This document shows, one piece after another, positions 16,661-27,504 of a stretch of 64,000 nt of DNA. The stretch covers positions 1 to 64,000 of the IMG/VR virus record IMGVR_UViG_3300033145_000529, one strand, 5' to 3'. Origin of the DNA: a virus. The position numbers and the translations under genes were made by a program. Below the pieces are notes generated by a model. The model was not told where the DNA came from, ran no database searches, and saw only the letters and a program-made list of their open reading frames with translations. Each line of letters opens with the position of its first letter. Position 1 is the first letter of the stretch.

Positions 16661-17846
16661 TACTCTCCACCTGCCTTAAAGTTATATACTGATTTCATAA
16701 AGAACTCAACATCAACTGTCTCCCCGATAGCCTCAACAATTGTGTTCTTATCTTTGTATGCCATCGGTGCTTCATCTATGGTGTTAATTGTTGCGGTAGT
16801 GGTATAGATACCTTCCATTTGACTTTGGAACTCGTCAAGGTCTAGCTGTCTCTTGGCTTGACTTCTGGACAGTAATCTCCCTGCCCCATGCGGTGCAGAG
16901 CAGTTCCATTTATTACTGCCCTTACCAATACCTATCATAACTCCATCACGCATATTAAAGGGAATTACTAATCGTTCCCCATCGTGTGCCGAGACCGCAC
17001 CTTTGCGAATTATCTTGTCCTCAAAGTTTATGTAATTGTGAATTGTGTGGATACCACCTTCTGCCTTTACAAAAGGTGAAATAGCAGGGGAGATTTTTTC
17101 CTTGAAGAAGCTATACATTAAAAGCCCTGCCATTACATTTCTATTCAGGCTGGCATATTCTTGAGCAATCTTCATGTCTGCCAGATACTCCTCACCACCC
17201 ATATCCATAGGTAGATACTCTAAACCTTTGTAAGCATCTGCCCCATAAACATTCTCTTGAGTAGTTCTTTAGCTTTGTTTTGGTGGAAGTTAGCAACTCG
17301 TAACCCGAAATTCCTGCTACCAGAATGGATTAAGAGCCAATATTGACCATTATCATCTTGGTCAACCTCAATGAAGTGATTTCCACCACCGAGAGTGCCG
17401 ATTGAACCTATGACCTTGCTTTCCTCTTGATTTAAGTCCTGAGCAAGTGCCACAACCTTCTTACGGAATTTGCTGTCAAACACAAGATGTGGTTTTACAC
17501 CATTTGCCATTCTCTCACCGATACTTCTTATGTTAAAGCCACTTGGAATGTGTGTCTTTATAAAATGGTCTAGGTGTTCAAAATCAATGGTTGTTACCTC
17601 AAGAGGATAAGCATTTACGCCACAACCAATATCTACACCCACCACATTCGGTATGATGTAGTCATTCATCTTCATAGTGAAACCGATACAACTTCCAGCA
17701 CCAGCATGAGCATCTGCCATGATTGCTATGTGTGTCTTAGCAAACGCAGGATGATTGAGAAACGAGTAAATCTGGCTAATGGTTATCTCGTCAAGCTCAT
17801 CAATCATTACATTGGCTGAATTGTACTTACCTTTATATGTAATCAA
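16660..17846 (-). pseudogene. rtcB: RtcB RNA ligase split by a single-base frameshift
   Basis: DAH, GVDIGCG, GGGNHFIE, HSGSR in 17220..17846; HNY, RKGA, SAPHGAGR, DEAPMAYK in 16660..17208; adding 1 nt near the run at 17241-17244 fuses them. Confidence 0.85.
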
Positions 17847-18121
17847 TCTATCACCTCAAGATAATCCTTGCCATATTTACGATATGTTCGGAACTTTGCC
17901 TTCTTGAGCAGTTTTAATATTTGTTCTGGTTTTATAAGACAATAAAGAGATAATTTAAGCTCACCATCAACCCACGCTGCCATATTGTTATAGCTAGTCC
18001 AGCAACCACCAATATTCTCACCAACCACTATTGGGCATATCAACTGTTTAGATGTAAAGCAATTAAATCGCTTTTCGCAGGTATCACAGTTGTTTCCCTC
18101 TAATGGTTTAGGTGCTTTCAT
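17843..18121 (-). CDS. hypothetical protein with N-terminal CX2CX5C motif
   Basis: CDTCEKRFNCFT. Confidence 0.7.
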   Translation of the reverse strand: MKAPKPLEGNNCDTCEKRFNCFTSKQLICPIVVGENIGGCWTSYNNMAAWVDGELKLSLYCLIKPEQILKLLKKAKFRTYRKYGKDYLEVID

Positions 18122-18361
18122 TTCCCCATTTCTCTACTTCAATATCGCCACCCTCACCATCGCTCTTTACTTCCCTCATTATAACATCATCACCTTATCA
18201 ATTTTGCACCATTAGCTTTGACTAAATTACCAAATGCCGTAATTTGCTTGCCTTTTCTTTGTTTTATTATGTTTTATTTTGCCTTCTGACCCACCTTCAA
18301 TCCTACTTTAGCTTCAAATTCTTGGCTTTTTGAGACATTTTTCCTCTGTTTTTTCAAAGTT

Positions 18362-18697
18362 TTATGGGGTATCAAACCATTTTTCCCTGTCAGCCTTCCT
18401 GTTCCTAATTTCTTGGCAAGAAGGACAAATGCTTTCTATACTCTCCAAGTGCATTTCTGATTGAATATCAGTATAAATCTCAACCAAATTACCCTCAACC
18501 TTTTCCTCATATGGCTTGCCACAATCCAAACAAGTGAGCTTAAATATCCTTCTTACCCCAAACTCCTCTAATACAGCATTATGAATATTCAGCTTGATAC
18601 CCCCTGGCAGGTCAATATATTTTACTTTGTATTCCTGTTCCGCTAGTTCGTCTTCTCGCTGTTCAATCTGTTCTCTCGTTGCCTTCATTAGCCTCAC
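18362..18697 (-). CDS. zinc-ribbon hypothetical protein
   Basis: CLDC...CPSC. Confidence 0.6.
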   Translation of the reverse strand: MRLMKATREQIEQREDELAEQEYKVKYIDLPGGIKLNIHNAVLEEFGVRRIFKLTCLDCGKPYEEKVEGNLVEIYTDIQSEMHLESIESICPSCQEIRNRKADREKWFDTP

Positions 18698-18858
18698 TCA
18701 TTAGTTTTAATTGAGCATACTTTGTTGCTAAACCATAGAGAATATCATCACTGTAAATATGCCCCTCTGTTACTCCGATTTTATTAGCAAGTTCCGTTAT
18801 CTTTTCCATTAAATATTGCTTCATCATACCCATTTTAGTCACCCATTTGCTTCTTCCT

Positions 18859-19191
18859 TTACCTCTTAAATAATTTCGCTAAGGCTTCATTACGCTTTAC
18901 CTCAGCACAAATATCTGTCGCTGTTAACCTGTTCACATACTGGAACTGGTAACCATCATTTATATCAAGGTGAACGAGTTCTACTGGTTTAAGGGACAGC
19001 ACCACATAACAAGCTCTACCATCGGCTACAGGAAAGTATATTTCTTTTCCAGCTTCGGGACACTTGCTGTTCCGTTTGGCATAGTCCTTAATCTTCTGGA
19101 CATATGCCTCCGCACGTTTTTCATACCCCTGCCAATCTAAGGTGATAGCAGGTTTACGAATACCTTGAACACCACTGTATATTTTAGCCAT
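18859..19191 (-). CDS. hypothetical protein
   Basis: RBS, 110 aa. Confidence 0.65.
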   Translation of the reverse strand: MAKIYSGVQGIRKPAITLDWQGYEKRAEAYVQKIKDYAKRNSKCPEAGKEIYFPVADGRACYVVLSLKPVELVHLDINDGYQFQYVNRLTATDICAEVKRNEALAKLFKR

Positions 19192-19199
19192 TTTCGCTC

Positions 19200-20078
19200 C
19201 TATTTAGCGTGAATACATCGTGCATATCCCTGTTCTAAAGCCCGCAAGATTTTATTCATCTGCTCTTGGATTTTTGCTTGGTGGTTTCTTCCCTTCCCTT
19301 TGTTCCATTCTTCACCACCAATAGTAACCTCATAAGTCGGGGAGATAATACTCTCACGGATGCTTGCCCTGAATTGCATACCCTTAGTGACAAACGCATC
19401 TACTTTAGGGTAGTGCTTTTGCCTTCGCTTGCTATATTCACCACCAGTTAGAGCATCAGCTAGAGGTACTAACTCTTCATTGATTATCTTATCTATGATG
19501 CCCTTACATTCGCTGATTATCTCTGACGGTTCACCACTATACCCCCAACAGCTATCAGCATCTTCGCCATCAGCGTCCTCAATTCGGTATCCGTAGACCT
19601 GCCCAGTAAGGTATCGGTCATATTCCTCAACCTCAGACTCAAGGAGCTTGGTTGCCCTCTCTAGTGTTCCTCTCCAGATACGCTTGACACCATAATTATT
19701 CCTAATGTTCTGTCTGGTGGCGTAAATGAACCCAACCTGTCCACTGTCCCAGGGGCAACTGAATGGAGCAGTTCGTATTGTAATTCCTGAATGGTCATAG
19801 ACGTATAATGGTAGAGCTACTGCCGCATCAAGTTCCTTTATCAAATAACCCTCTAACTCCGACCACCCATCAAAGTTACTTGAGATTAAGCCGTGTTCAT
19901 CACCCAGATTATACCGCTTGTGAAAGCACACCATCGTGCCAAAGTTGTCTTGATGCCCACCGTCTCTAGGGTCAATCGGCTCAGGGTCTTTGTATATTTT
20001 TATTGTGTGCCCTTTATATTGTTCTTGTTTTGCCAAATATTCTTCCAGTTTGTTCACCCTTCTGAAGCCTAGCTTCAT
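19200..20078 (-). CDS. phage hypothetical protein
   Basis: PLYVYDHSG and WDSGQVGFIY motifs; follows a promoter. Confidence 0.7.
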   Translation of the reverse strand: MKLGFRRVNKLEEYLAKQEQYKGHTIKIYKDPEPIDPRDGGHQDNFGTMVCFHKRYNLGDEHGLISSNFDGWSELEGYLIKELDAAVALPLYVYDHSGITIRTAPFSCPWDSGQVGFIYATRQNIRNNYGVKRIWRGTLERATKLLESEVEEYDRYLTGQVYGYRIEDADGEDADSCWGYSGEPSEIISECKGIIDKIINEELVPLADALTGGEYSKRRQKHYPKVDAFVTKGMQFRASIRESIISPTYEVTIGGEEWNKGKGRNHQAKIQEQMNKILRALEQGYARCIHAK

Positions 20079-20098
20079 CCTTTTATTCCACTATCTTA

Positions 20099-20127
20099 AT
20101 TATAGCATAAGCCGCTTGAAATGTCAA
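20099..20127 (-). promoter_or_regulatory. sigma70-type promoter
   Basis: TTGACA-17-TATAAT, GGCTTATG spacer. Confidence 0.85.
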
Positions 20128-20150
20128 GCACTCACCCACGAATAACCACC

Positions 20151-20519
20151 TTACGCATGTTCAATCAGCCATCGGTTATCACCAGATGGCTTCCATTCTA
20201 AATTACGCAGTCTAGCAATATACTTCATTGCCGACCACTTATCAAACACTTCTGGATGCTGTCCGTTAAGTTTAGTTATATCATCTGTACCCCAACCATC
20301 AAAGCAATGTGTTTGGTGGCAATTAGGACAAGGCAACCCAAACATATTGACTAAGCCACATATGTCCATATGTGGTTGATGGTCATAAGCCCAAACGACT
20401 GTGCTACAGGAATTACACCATACCATTTCAGCCATTTTTAATCTCCTTTGCGTTTTCGTAAGCCTCAAGAGCGTCAGTAAGTATCTCAAATTCACCAGCC
20501 ATAGACTCGTCAATGTCAT
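20151..20519 (-). CDS. zinc-binding hypothetical protein
   Basis: CNSC...CPNC; true start probably MAEMVW. Confidence 0.55.
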   Translation of the reverse strand: MTLTSLWLVNLRYLLTLLRLTKTQRRLKMAEMVWCNSCSTVVWAYDHQPHMDICGLVNMFGLPCPNCHQTHCFDGWGTDDITKLNGQHPEVFDKWSAMKYIARLRNLEWKPSGDNRWLIEHA

Positions 20520-20965
20520 TATCTCTTAACGCTTCGACAGCCATTTTCAAAGCTTCGTATAACTGTTCAGCCAGCTTTTCCATAATACTCCGTTCCTACC
20601 CTATTTTGGTAATAGTCTGCCATTGCTCCATTAGATAGCGTAGCAACAAATGAGTTTTTACCACTACCTACAATAGCATACGTATACCACTCACCTAATG
20701 GATTACACGCTTGCCAGACTTTGTTAATTCTCCGCATATCTTTCATTGTTCACTACTTAATCTCCCTTAGTTTATTGCGGCGTTCCGCTACATACTCCGC
20801 TGGAACTTCGCCATTGCAATACCTATCAAATGCTCTCAAGAACACAACCAAACGATGTTCCCGAATGATAGCCTTGCGACCACGCTTAACACCTCTTGCT
20901 AATGCCACTATATTCTCCTTTCCTTATATTCAGCCCTCTCAACTTTATGCTTCATATATGCTTTT

Positions 20966-21271
20966 CTATCTAATATTAGTCTCTCGTTTATGTGCAATCG
21001 CTAACGAAGCTTGGACATTTATTCGGCTCACCAAACCAGATATTACCTCTCTTGAAGTTTTGCCTTTCTTTGTTTGTAGGATTAAATCCGTAAGCACATT
21101 AGCAACCCTATCTATACTACCCCTCACCCCATCTCCATTAACACTCTTTCCAGCCTCTCTTACCTTCTCAACCCACTCGTTTATCTGCTCATTGAGGATA
21201 GCATTACTAGCCCAATTTTCTGTGGGGCGAGACTTGCCTACTTCATACTTTCGCATTTTTGATTTAGACAC
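20966..21271 (-). CDS. hypothetical protein
   Basis: Co-oriented ORF. Confidence 0.55.
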   Translation of the reverse strand: MSKSKMRKYEVGKSRPTENWASNAILNEQINEWVEKVREAGKSVNGDGVRGSIDRVANVLTDLILQTKKGKTSREVISGLVSRINVQASLAIAHKRETNIR

Positions 21272-21352
21272 AAGCCACTCTTTCTGTCAAGGTCTCATTT
21301 ACCTACTTTATCAACCTCAACATCCCATTGTCTTAATTATACCATCCGCCGT

Positions 21353-21583
21353 TTATTTTGTCAAGCTCAGTCTCTTAGCCAACTGTTCATCATTCTCAAT
21401 CTGATAATGACCACTTGGCATCTCATAGACTTGTTTGCCTATATCACGTGGAAGAAGTTTGCCAACATTACTATATAACTTAAAGAAGTCAACTGTTCCG
21501 TTTGTCCTTTTAGTTATACTAAGCATACTCTTGACATCTTCTTCTGTAATGGTGTGTAAATACTTACCTTTATACCTTGCCAT
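21353..21583 (-). CDS. hypothetical protein
   Basis: Co-oriented ORF. Confidence 0.55.
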   Translation of the reverse strand: MARYKGKYLHTITEEDVKSMLSITKRTNGTVDFFKLYSNVGKLLPRDIGKQVYEMPSGHYQIENDEQLAKRLSLTK

Positions 21584-21975
21584 TACTGCATATCCCTTGC
21601 TATTTCATCCATCAAGTCAGCACAGTAGCCGAGAGCATTAGCATCTTTGGCTTGGCAATCGGTAGGGTCTGTCATTACTTTCCTCAGTGATTTTGCCTTA
21701 TCTCTAATGTTCTTCTTTGTGCAGTTGAATTCCAGTGTAACCGTATACTTAGCCATTTTTCACCTCAAATCTTTTACTTATATTCTCCGCCATTGTTTAT
21801 TATACGCTTTCTTATCAAACACACTTTTTTCTTAGCCGTTCCCTCTTATTTGTTTTGCGTATTGTATTTTTAGCCTCCTTCTGGATAGACTCTACTGTTC
21901 TACCAGAAGCTAATGATACCTTCCCCGCTATCTTACCAGTAACCTCACTCACAATTTGCCTCGCAGTATGTAATT

Positions 21976-22389
21976 TCATTTCTCACCTCGCCAATTTGGA
22001 TTATTCTCTTTTTTCTTATGTAATGACCTATGCTCACCGTATTGCCGTTCTTCCAAATTCTCTGGTCTATCATCATCCTTAATTTCGTTTATGTGATGAG
22101 AGTCATAGCCATTACGTATTGGTCTACCTAACTTCTCTTCCAATACGAGAATTGCTCTCTTAACATACCCACTTTTGCCTGAACGGGGATGGTCGTGTTT
22201 CAAAATGAAAACATAACCTTCGTGTTTTCTAATGCCCCCGTGCCAATTATAGTTTCGCTTACCACTAAAGTTAAACTTACAAGAACAACTGCGGCATCTC
22301 TTACTTCCGTATTTTATCTCCTTACCACAGTCAAGACAAATTCCCTTATGGTCTGCCTGCCATTGCTTATCATACGCTTTTTTGTTCAC
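21976..22389 (-). CDS. HNH endonuclease with N-terminal zinc finger
   Basis: CLDC..CRSC, HP...GYV, HHINEIKDDDRPENL...H. Confidence 0.8.
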   Translation of the reverse strand: MNKKAYDKQWQADHKGICLDCGKEIKYGSKRCRSCSCKFNFSGKRNYNWHGGIRKHEGYVFILKHDHPRSGKSGYVKRAILVLEEKLGRPIRNGYDSHHINEIKDDDRPENLEERQYGEHRSLHKKKENNPNWRGEK

Positions 22390-22796
22390 ATTATTATCCC
22401 TACGAGATTAAACACGCAAATGCCAAGCATTAAGACAACTAGCAATTCAAACACTCGCCTCACAAGAAACCACCTAGTTAAGAGCTTGTGTTCTGCCAGC
22501 ACTTTGTCCAGTCCTAGTAGTGCCAGAGCTAGGACTGTGCTTCCACCTGCTTTGATAAGCCAGAATAGCACTGGTGTCTGAACTACTTCACGCATACAAG
22601 GATTTAGTTCTTTGCCAGTTCCGTTCCCCACAAAGTAAAGCGTCAATGCACAGTCTAGCACGTTTAACCCCACAAATGCTACTGCCAGCTTATTGACCGA
22701 GATTTCCTTTGCCTCTGACTTAATCAACATTCCCATTGGCTGACCAAGAACCGAGTGCCCTGTTTTCAAACGCTTGAAATATCTTGATGTCGTCAA
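22386..22796 (-). CDS. membrane protein (DUF5658-like)
   Basis: LNVLD..LT...G.ELNP motif and TM helices; true start probably internal. Confidence 0.55.
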   Translation of the reverse strand: MTTSRYFKRLKTGHSVLGQPMGMLIKSEAKEISVNKLAVAFVGLNVLDCALTLYFVGNGTGKELNPCMREVVQTPVLFWLIKAGGSTVLALALLGLDKVLAEHKLLTRWFLVRRVFELLVVLMLGICVFNLVGIIM

Positions 22797-23619
22797 GAGT
22801 AGAAAGCCTTAACATTTTGTGCTCGCCCCGACCACCCCACCGAGTTTGATGCCGTATCTGACCACTGACGAAGATAGCATCGCCAAGCTGGATACCTCTA
22901 GTTGTGATGTGAAGGTTGCCGTTGGGGGTTGTATCAGGAAGCGTAAAGCCCTTTGTCATAGCCTTGTAAAAGAATTTTACCACTTTATCCCAAACATTAG
23001 GCTTCCCATCAGTCAGCAATGAGATTGGTAGCTCAGTTGCCTCAACAAAGAACCACTCACCCTGCCGCTGGAAGTTTTCGTCTTTTACTTCCTTTGGCTT
23101 CAATGACGCAAAAGCTTCCTCAACAGTCTCCACAGGCTCAGGAAGCTGACAGAGGAAGAAGTTGTAGCCCTCCATTGATGATAAGTAGTGCTTACCATCA
23201 TATCGGATTACGGCTGACTCAGGTCTGCGTTCAGCCCTCTTAGAGAAGGCTCTACGTCCCAGTTCAGTCATTGCTTCATATTCAGCCACGCTGATGTTCT
23301 TCTCATAATCAGTGTAACCGATAATATCCCACCTTTGGGCTTCGTAATCCACCAGTTCAATCGCTTTATGTGGGATGCCAGCAGAGTTCAATGCCGAGAA
23401 TGGTATTTGGATTTTGGCGTGACAGAAGCAAGAACTTTGATGACTTGAGGTCGTAGAGCTATACTTATCAGCGTTCAGAAGAAAGCCCCAATCCATCTTC
23501 ACCAGCAATGGGAAGTGTTTGCCATATGAGTAGAGAGTATCACCATCTATGGACATATTGCTTGCTGTCCCTCTGGTTGCCCCCTTCACAAATTTGTCAA
23601 TTAGTGCCTTGTGGTTCAT
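22720..23619 (-). CDS. phage hypothetical protein
   Basis: 299 aa; YSYG.HF, YS.TTS.HQ, RQGEWFF motifs. Confidence 0.7.
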   Translation of the reverse strand: MNHKALIDKFVKGATRGTASNMSIDGDTLYSYGKHFPLLVKMDWGFLLNADKYSSTTSSHQSSCFCHAKIQIPFSALNSAGIPHKAIELVDYEAQRWDIIGYTDYEKNISVAEYEAMTELGRRAFSKRAERRPESAVIRYDGKHYLSSMEGYNFFLCQLPEPVETVEEAFASLKPKEVKDENFQRQGEWFFVEATELPISLLTDGKPNVWDKVVKFFYKAMTKGFTLPDTTPNGNLHITTRGIQLGDAIFVSGQIRHQTRWGGRGEHKMLRLSTLDDIKIFQAFENRALGSWSANGNVD

Positions 23620-24377
23620 TTCGTTTCCTTTCTATAATTTATTGTAACCGTGATAACCTCACCCCCATCCCGTGCCTCATACTCGGTTATCCCATAGTTT
23701 AAGGCATCAGTTTCATCCCTGACTAGTTCAAAGCCGAGTTGTTCCATCGTCTTGTCCAGATTTTGCATTTTGCCTCCTTTTTATAGAACTTGATACAGCC
23801 CTTCTAGGTCAAAGTATTCCTCATTAAAGTATCTGCCGAGTATATCTTCCGCCATAATACTCACTATTTCCGCATCCGTAAAATCTTTCAAGCCATCTTG
23901 GGAGTTGTCCCTATATCCCTTTATTTGGCTCTTGGATAGCCCTACCTTAACTTCTACCACCACATTATCAGTGTCACCCATCTTCTTGCCCTCCTTCAAT
24001 CTCCTCTACTTTGAGGAAGTCAAAACTATCCTCTATATAGCTACCTTCGTGTTGGCAATCCACATCCTCAATTTGCTCTTTGGCATCTTCCTCACTCTCC
24101 GCATCAACCGTAGCCTCTAAAGCTATCCGCCACAATACTCTATACTTCTTCACTCTTTGCCTCCTGTTCTTAGAATGTATTTATCTTCGCTCTGGCTCTC
24201 GTTACTGCTTCACCCCTAGTGCTAACAGTTCCGTGCCACCAACCATCTATGAAGTATTGTAGTGCTCCGTTGCCATCAACATCTTCAATCTGATTGAATG
24301 AGATGTGATGCCCTTTATAAGTAATTCCGTTCATCGGCTTTCTCCTTCCTATTTTCAAATAGTTTCCCACTGTCTAT

Positions 24378-24406
24378 AGTATACCATAAGCCACTTAGGA
24401 TATCAA
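24378..24406 (-). promoter_or_regulatory. sigma70-type promoter
   Basis: TTGATA-17-TATACT, GGCTTATG spacer. Confidence 0.7.
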
Positions 24407-24549
24407 GTCTCTCCTTACCCTTTTATTCCTATTATTTTCTGCCCTAGTGACGCTTTGTGTTTCTCAGTATGCAACGCCAACCCCAACGAAGCTATCACAT
24501 CAGTCAAATCATTCTCAAATGCTCTGGTGAGGTTCTTCGTTCAGCCGTT

Positions 24550-25077
24550 CTAGTTCGTTCCACTCCATTCCCCGTGCCGTTCAACATCTATAACAAATGG
24601 AATGTTATATTCGTTTCTTGGCACTAAGAAATATCGTTCTTTGCCATCGCTCTCTCTCTTAGCAAGGACACCGACCATTCCTGTTGGAACTTTCTCGTGC
24701 CAGCTCCCCCACGCAGTCTTGACAACAAAATTGTTCACGTTCTGTTCATCAAACAACTGTTGCCCTTTTACGTGGGACTCCTCTGGTTTCAGTTCAATGC
24801 CGAAATACTTCTCGTATCTGTCTGGATACCAGTTTCGCATAGTATCCAATGCTTGTTTGTATTCATCTTTGAACATAAGAGGAAAAGCAACTGCCATCAA
24901 GCACCAATCGCAATCTTCTTCATACCAACCCGACTCAATCCGTAGTTCCTCTGGCATCATTCCCAATATTCTTGGAGTAACATGGATGCCACCATGACTC
25001 GGAGTTGAGTATGATACGATGCCTCTCGCTATCTTCTCTGAGTTATCTGCTGTGCCCCAAGGTGTTCGTACGTTCAT
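24550..25077 (-). CDS. hypothetical protein (DUF7007-like)
   Basis: TPWG, TPSHGG, WYEEDCDW; start adjusted to MNVRT. Confidence 0.6.
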   Translation of the reverse strand: MNVRTPWGTADNSEKIARGIVSYSTPSHGGIHVTPRILGMMPEELRIESGWYEEDCDWCLMAVAFPLMFKDEYKQALDTMRNWYPDRYEKYFGIELKPEESHVKGQQLFDEQNVNNFVVKTAWGSWHEKVPTGMVGVLAKRESDGKERYFLVPRNEYNIPFVIDVERHGEWSGTN

Positions 25078-25099
25078 ATTATACTCCTCAGCTCTTTGT

Positions 25100-25480
25100 C
25101 TACCCATAAACCACCTCGCCGAACAGACAACACTGGAGAAACACATCGCCAGTAATTGCATCATCGTTCTCAGCCATCCAGTCACCGAAATGTCTTGGGT
25201 ATTTCTCCGCCATTACCTTGAGTCCTTTCTCAATTGCCTCTCTGTTCAGTTCCTTATCTTCATCACCCTCAGCCTCAAAGTCACCAATGACAAGAGTACC
25301 GCCCTTGAGAGGTAACTCAATATGCTCAAATTCAATACCAAGACTCTCTTTAGTTTGCCCCTCTGGATAGCGTTTATCTTTGATAACATACCAATAATTA
25401 CTGCCACCCTCAAGGGCATTGCAAAGTAAATCCTGTATCCTCTGCTCTGGCATTTCTAATTCAACTTTCAACTTTGTCAC
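25100..25480 (-). CDS. phage hypothetical protein
   Basis: ALEGGSNYW and DAITGDVFLQ..LFGEVVYG. Confidence 0.7.
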   Translation of the reverse strand: MTKLKVELEMPEQRIQDLLCNALEGGSNYWYVIKDKRYPEGQTKESLGIEFEHIELPLKGGTLVIGDFEAEGDEDKELNREAIEKGLKVMAEKYPRHFGDWMAENDDAITGDVFLQCCLFGEVVYG

Positions 25481-25664
25481 CTCCTTCTATTTTTCAATTC
25501 TAGTTTTGAACGGGCTAACCCATCAGGATTGCTAGTGGCAACCTCTGCTCCAAAGGGGTCATTCTCCTCATACCAATAATAAGGTTTCCTATCCCTGTCT
25601 TTAGCCACCCTCTCCCGATTTTTCTTCGCCTCATCTAAATCTATATCACTCATTACTGCCCCCA

Positions 25665-25952
25665 CTAAAATAATAGGTGTGCGATTTCCTCGCTGTTTTC
25701 CTTGATATACTCACTTGCCGTTTTGATTGACTTACCAGTAAGAAAGTCTAAAGGCTCAGGAATTTCAAGGATACGCTGATAAGGTAACAAGATAGAAGAA
25801 AGACTGCCCTTGCTCCTGATGATTGCCTCTATTGGATAGAAGAACCATCTTGAACCCCCATCTGCCAGCTTCTCCCTGACTTCTTCTTTGCCCTCGCTCT
25901 CATAATCAGTAACCCAATCGCCGTCAAGTGCAAACAGTATTGCTTTATACAT
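25665..25952 (-). CDS. hypothetical protein
   Basis: AGGAGG RBS. Confidence 0.65.
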   Translation of the reverse strand: MYKAILFALDGDWVTDYESEGKEEVREKLADGGSRWFFYPIEAIIRSKGSLSSILLPYQRILEIPEPLDFLTGKSIKTASEYIKENSEEIAHLLF

Positions 25953-25969
25953 TTTGCCCTCCTTTTTTA

Positions 25970-26398
25970 TTAGCCATCTCCTTTCGTTACTCTTGAAGTA
26001 GTGATTTTTGTTGCGTGTCTGGTTACTTTGATACTGTAACCTCTATCAAACTCTGTAATTGGAATATACTTATGATTGTTAGAGCGATGCCGTTTGAAGA
26101 ACATATCCACCCTAAAGCGGACAGGCACTAACTGGTGTAGAGCATCCCTCCACTTCAAAACTTCGTCTAACCCTTTGGCTACATCACTACTGTCAATGTA
26201 AAAAACATCTTCGCCATTCTCAGTATGTTTGCAATCACACAACCAGATAATGCCATCCCGCTTGTCTACCACTAGAGTATCAATTTCTCTAGCAATTCTA
26301 TAAGCTACATTGCCCTTGTCCTTTTGGTTTTTAACCTCTGCCTGCTCTTGTCTCGTAGCCTCTTCATTTCTCTCAGCTTTTAATTCTGCCTCATCCAT
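25970..26398 (-). CDS. hypothetical protein
   Basis: GAGG RBS, 142 aa. Confidence 0.65.
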   Translation of the reverse strand: MDEAELKAERNEEATRQEQAEVKNQKDKGNVAYRIAREIDTLVVDKRDGIIWLCDCKHTENGEDVFYIDSSDVAKGLDEVLKWRDALHQLVPVRFRVDMFFKRHRSNNHKYIPITEFDRGYSIKVTRHATKITTSRVTKGDG

Positions 26399-26406
26399 AT
26401 CTTACC

Positions 26407-26847
26407 TCATTTCGCCGCAGAGATAAGTCTCCCTGAGTTTATCTCCACACCATAAATTTCCTCTGGTTTCTCGGCTTTCTTTAGGAACTTCCTCACAGAT
26501 TTTGGTGTTTTGAAAGCTCTGATGGTGCGTGCTGTGCCTTCTTCTTTTACTTGATAAGGAGTTCGGCTGATAACTCTACCAGTCAGAACTTGAGGCTCAG
26601 TACGAAAGAAGTGCTTATACTCAATACAATGAGGACAGAAATTCCACTCTTTGAATGGGGAGAGCCCTCTAGTTTTACAAAAGCACCTGCATCTCCGTAG
26701 CCAACCTTCTTGGTCATAGCGAACATCGGCTGCGTCTTTTTCTCCCCGTGACGGGCAAACATTATCAAAATACCACATATCACAATGAAAAACTTTCTTA
26801 CCTTTCACTTCGCACTTCCTTTCTGGCAAGAAATCCCACCTTTCCAA
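26407..26847 (-). CDS. Cys-rich hypothetical protein
   Basis: Co-oriented ORF; start uncertain. Confidence 0.5.
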   Translation of the reverse strand: MERWDFLPERKCEVKGKKVFHCDMWYFDNVCPSRGEKDAADVRYDQEGWLRRCRCFCKTRGLSPFKEWNFCPHCIEYKHFFRTEPQVLTGRVISRTPYQVKEEGTARTIRAFKTPKSVRKFLKKAEKPEEIYGVEINSGRLISAAK

Positions 26848-27257
26848 GCGGGGTTTTTGTTGCCTACTCTTAATTTACTATGATATGCCTTATGCTCAAA
26901 ATGCTCTCGCTCTTCTAAGTTTTCGGCTTTATCATCATCTTTAACAAGGTTAATATGGTGTGTGTCATAACCATCTCTGATATGCCTACCAAGTTTAGCT
27001 TCCAACACTAAAATTGCTCGTTTAATATATCCTCTTTTATTTGCCTTTGGGTGGTCTGGTTGGTGTATATACCAGTAGCCAGTTGCTTTGTTAAATTGTT
27101 GCCCACCCCTCCATAGGGGATTATCTTCACCACGAATGCCCCACATAGGGTGTCTTTTACCCCTTTTGGCACAAGAAGCACACCTAGTAGCGTTTCTAGT
27201 TATGGCTTTGCCACAATCTGGGCAATGCTTTGAAGCAACTATCTGCTTCTTAGCCAT
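26805..27257 (-). CDS. HNH endonuclease with N-terminal zinc finger
   Basis: CPDC..CASC, HPKANKRGYI, HHINLVKDDDKAENL; paralog of 21976..22389. Confidence 0.8.
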   Translation of the reverse strand: MAKKQIVASKHCPDCGKAITRNATRCASCAKRGKRHPMWGIRGEDNPLWRGGQQFNKATGYWYIHQPDHPKANKRGYIKRAILVLEAKLGRHIRDGYDTHHINLVKDDDKAENLEEREHFEHKAYHSKLRVGNKNPAWKGGISCQKGSAK

Positions 27258-27289
27258 TTCTAGCTCCTTCCCATATTCTCACTACCTAT

Positions 27290-27318
27290 AGTATATCATA
27301 TGCCGAACAGTGTGTCAA
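27290..27318 (-). promoter_or_regulatory. sigma70-type promoter at the start of the left arm
   Basis: TTGACA-17-TATACT, GGCATATG spacer. Confidence 0.8.
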
Positions 27319-27504
27319 GTGTTTCTTATGGCGATGTTCCACAACACGGCATGGGCAAAACTTTGGTGCGTGTGCTTTGGTTTATGGTTTGTACTCTCCC
27401 TATTACCAATGACTACTAATGTAACCTACAAAGTGGTCGGGGGCATTGGTTATTGTGATACTTATATTAACTAGAGATAAGAACAGTAAGAAATGGCACG
27501 ATGG

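Noticed and set aside
20721-21404. 227-aa plus-strand ORF and similar antisense ORFs (e.g. 8238..8828, 24602..24997)
   Set aside because: They are shadows of coherent opposite-strand genes, with no motifs or RBS.
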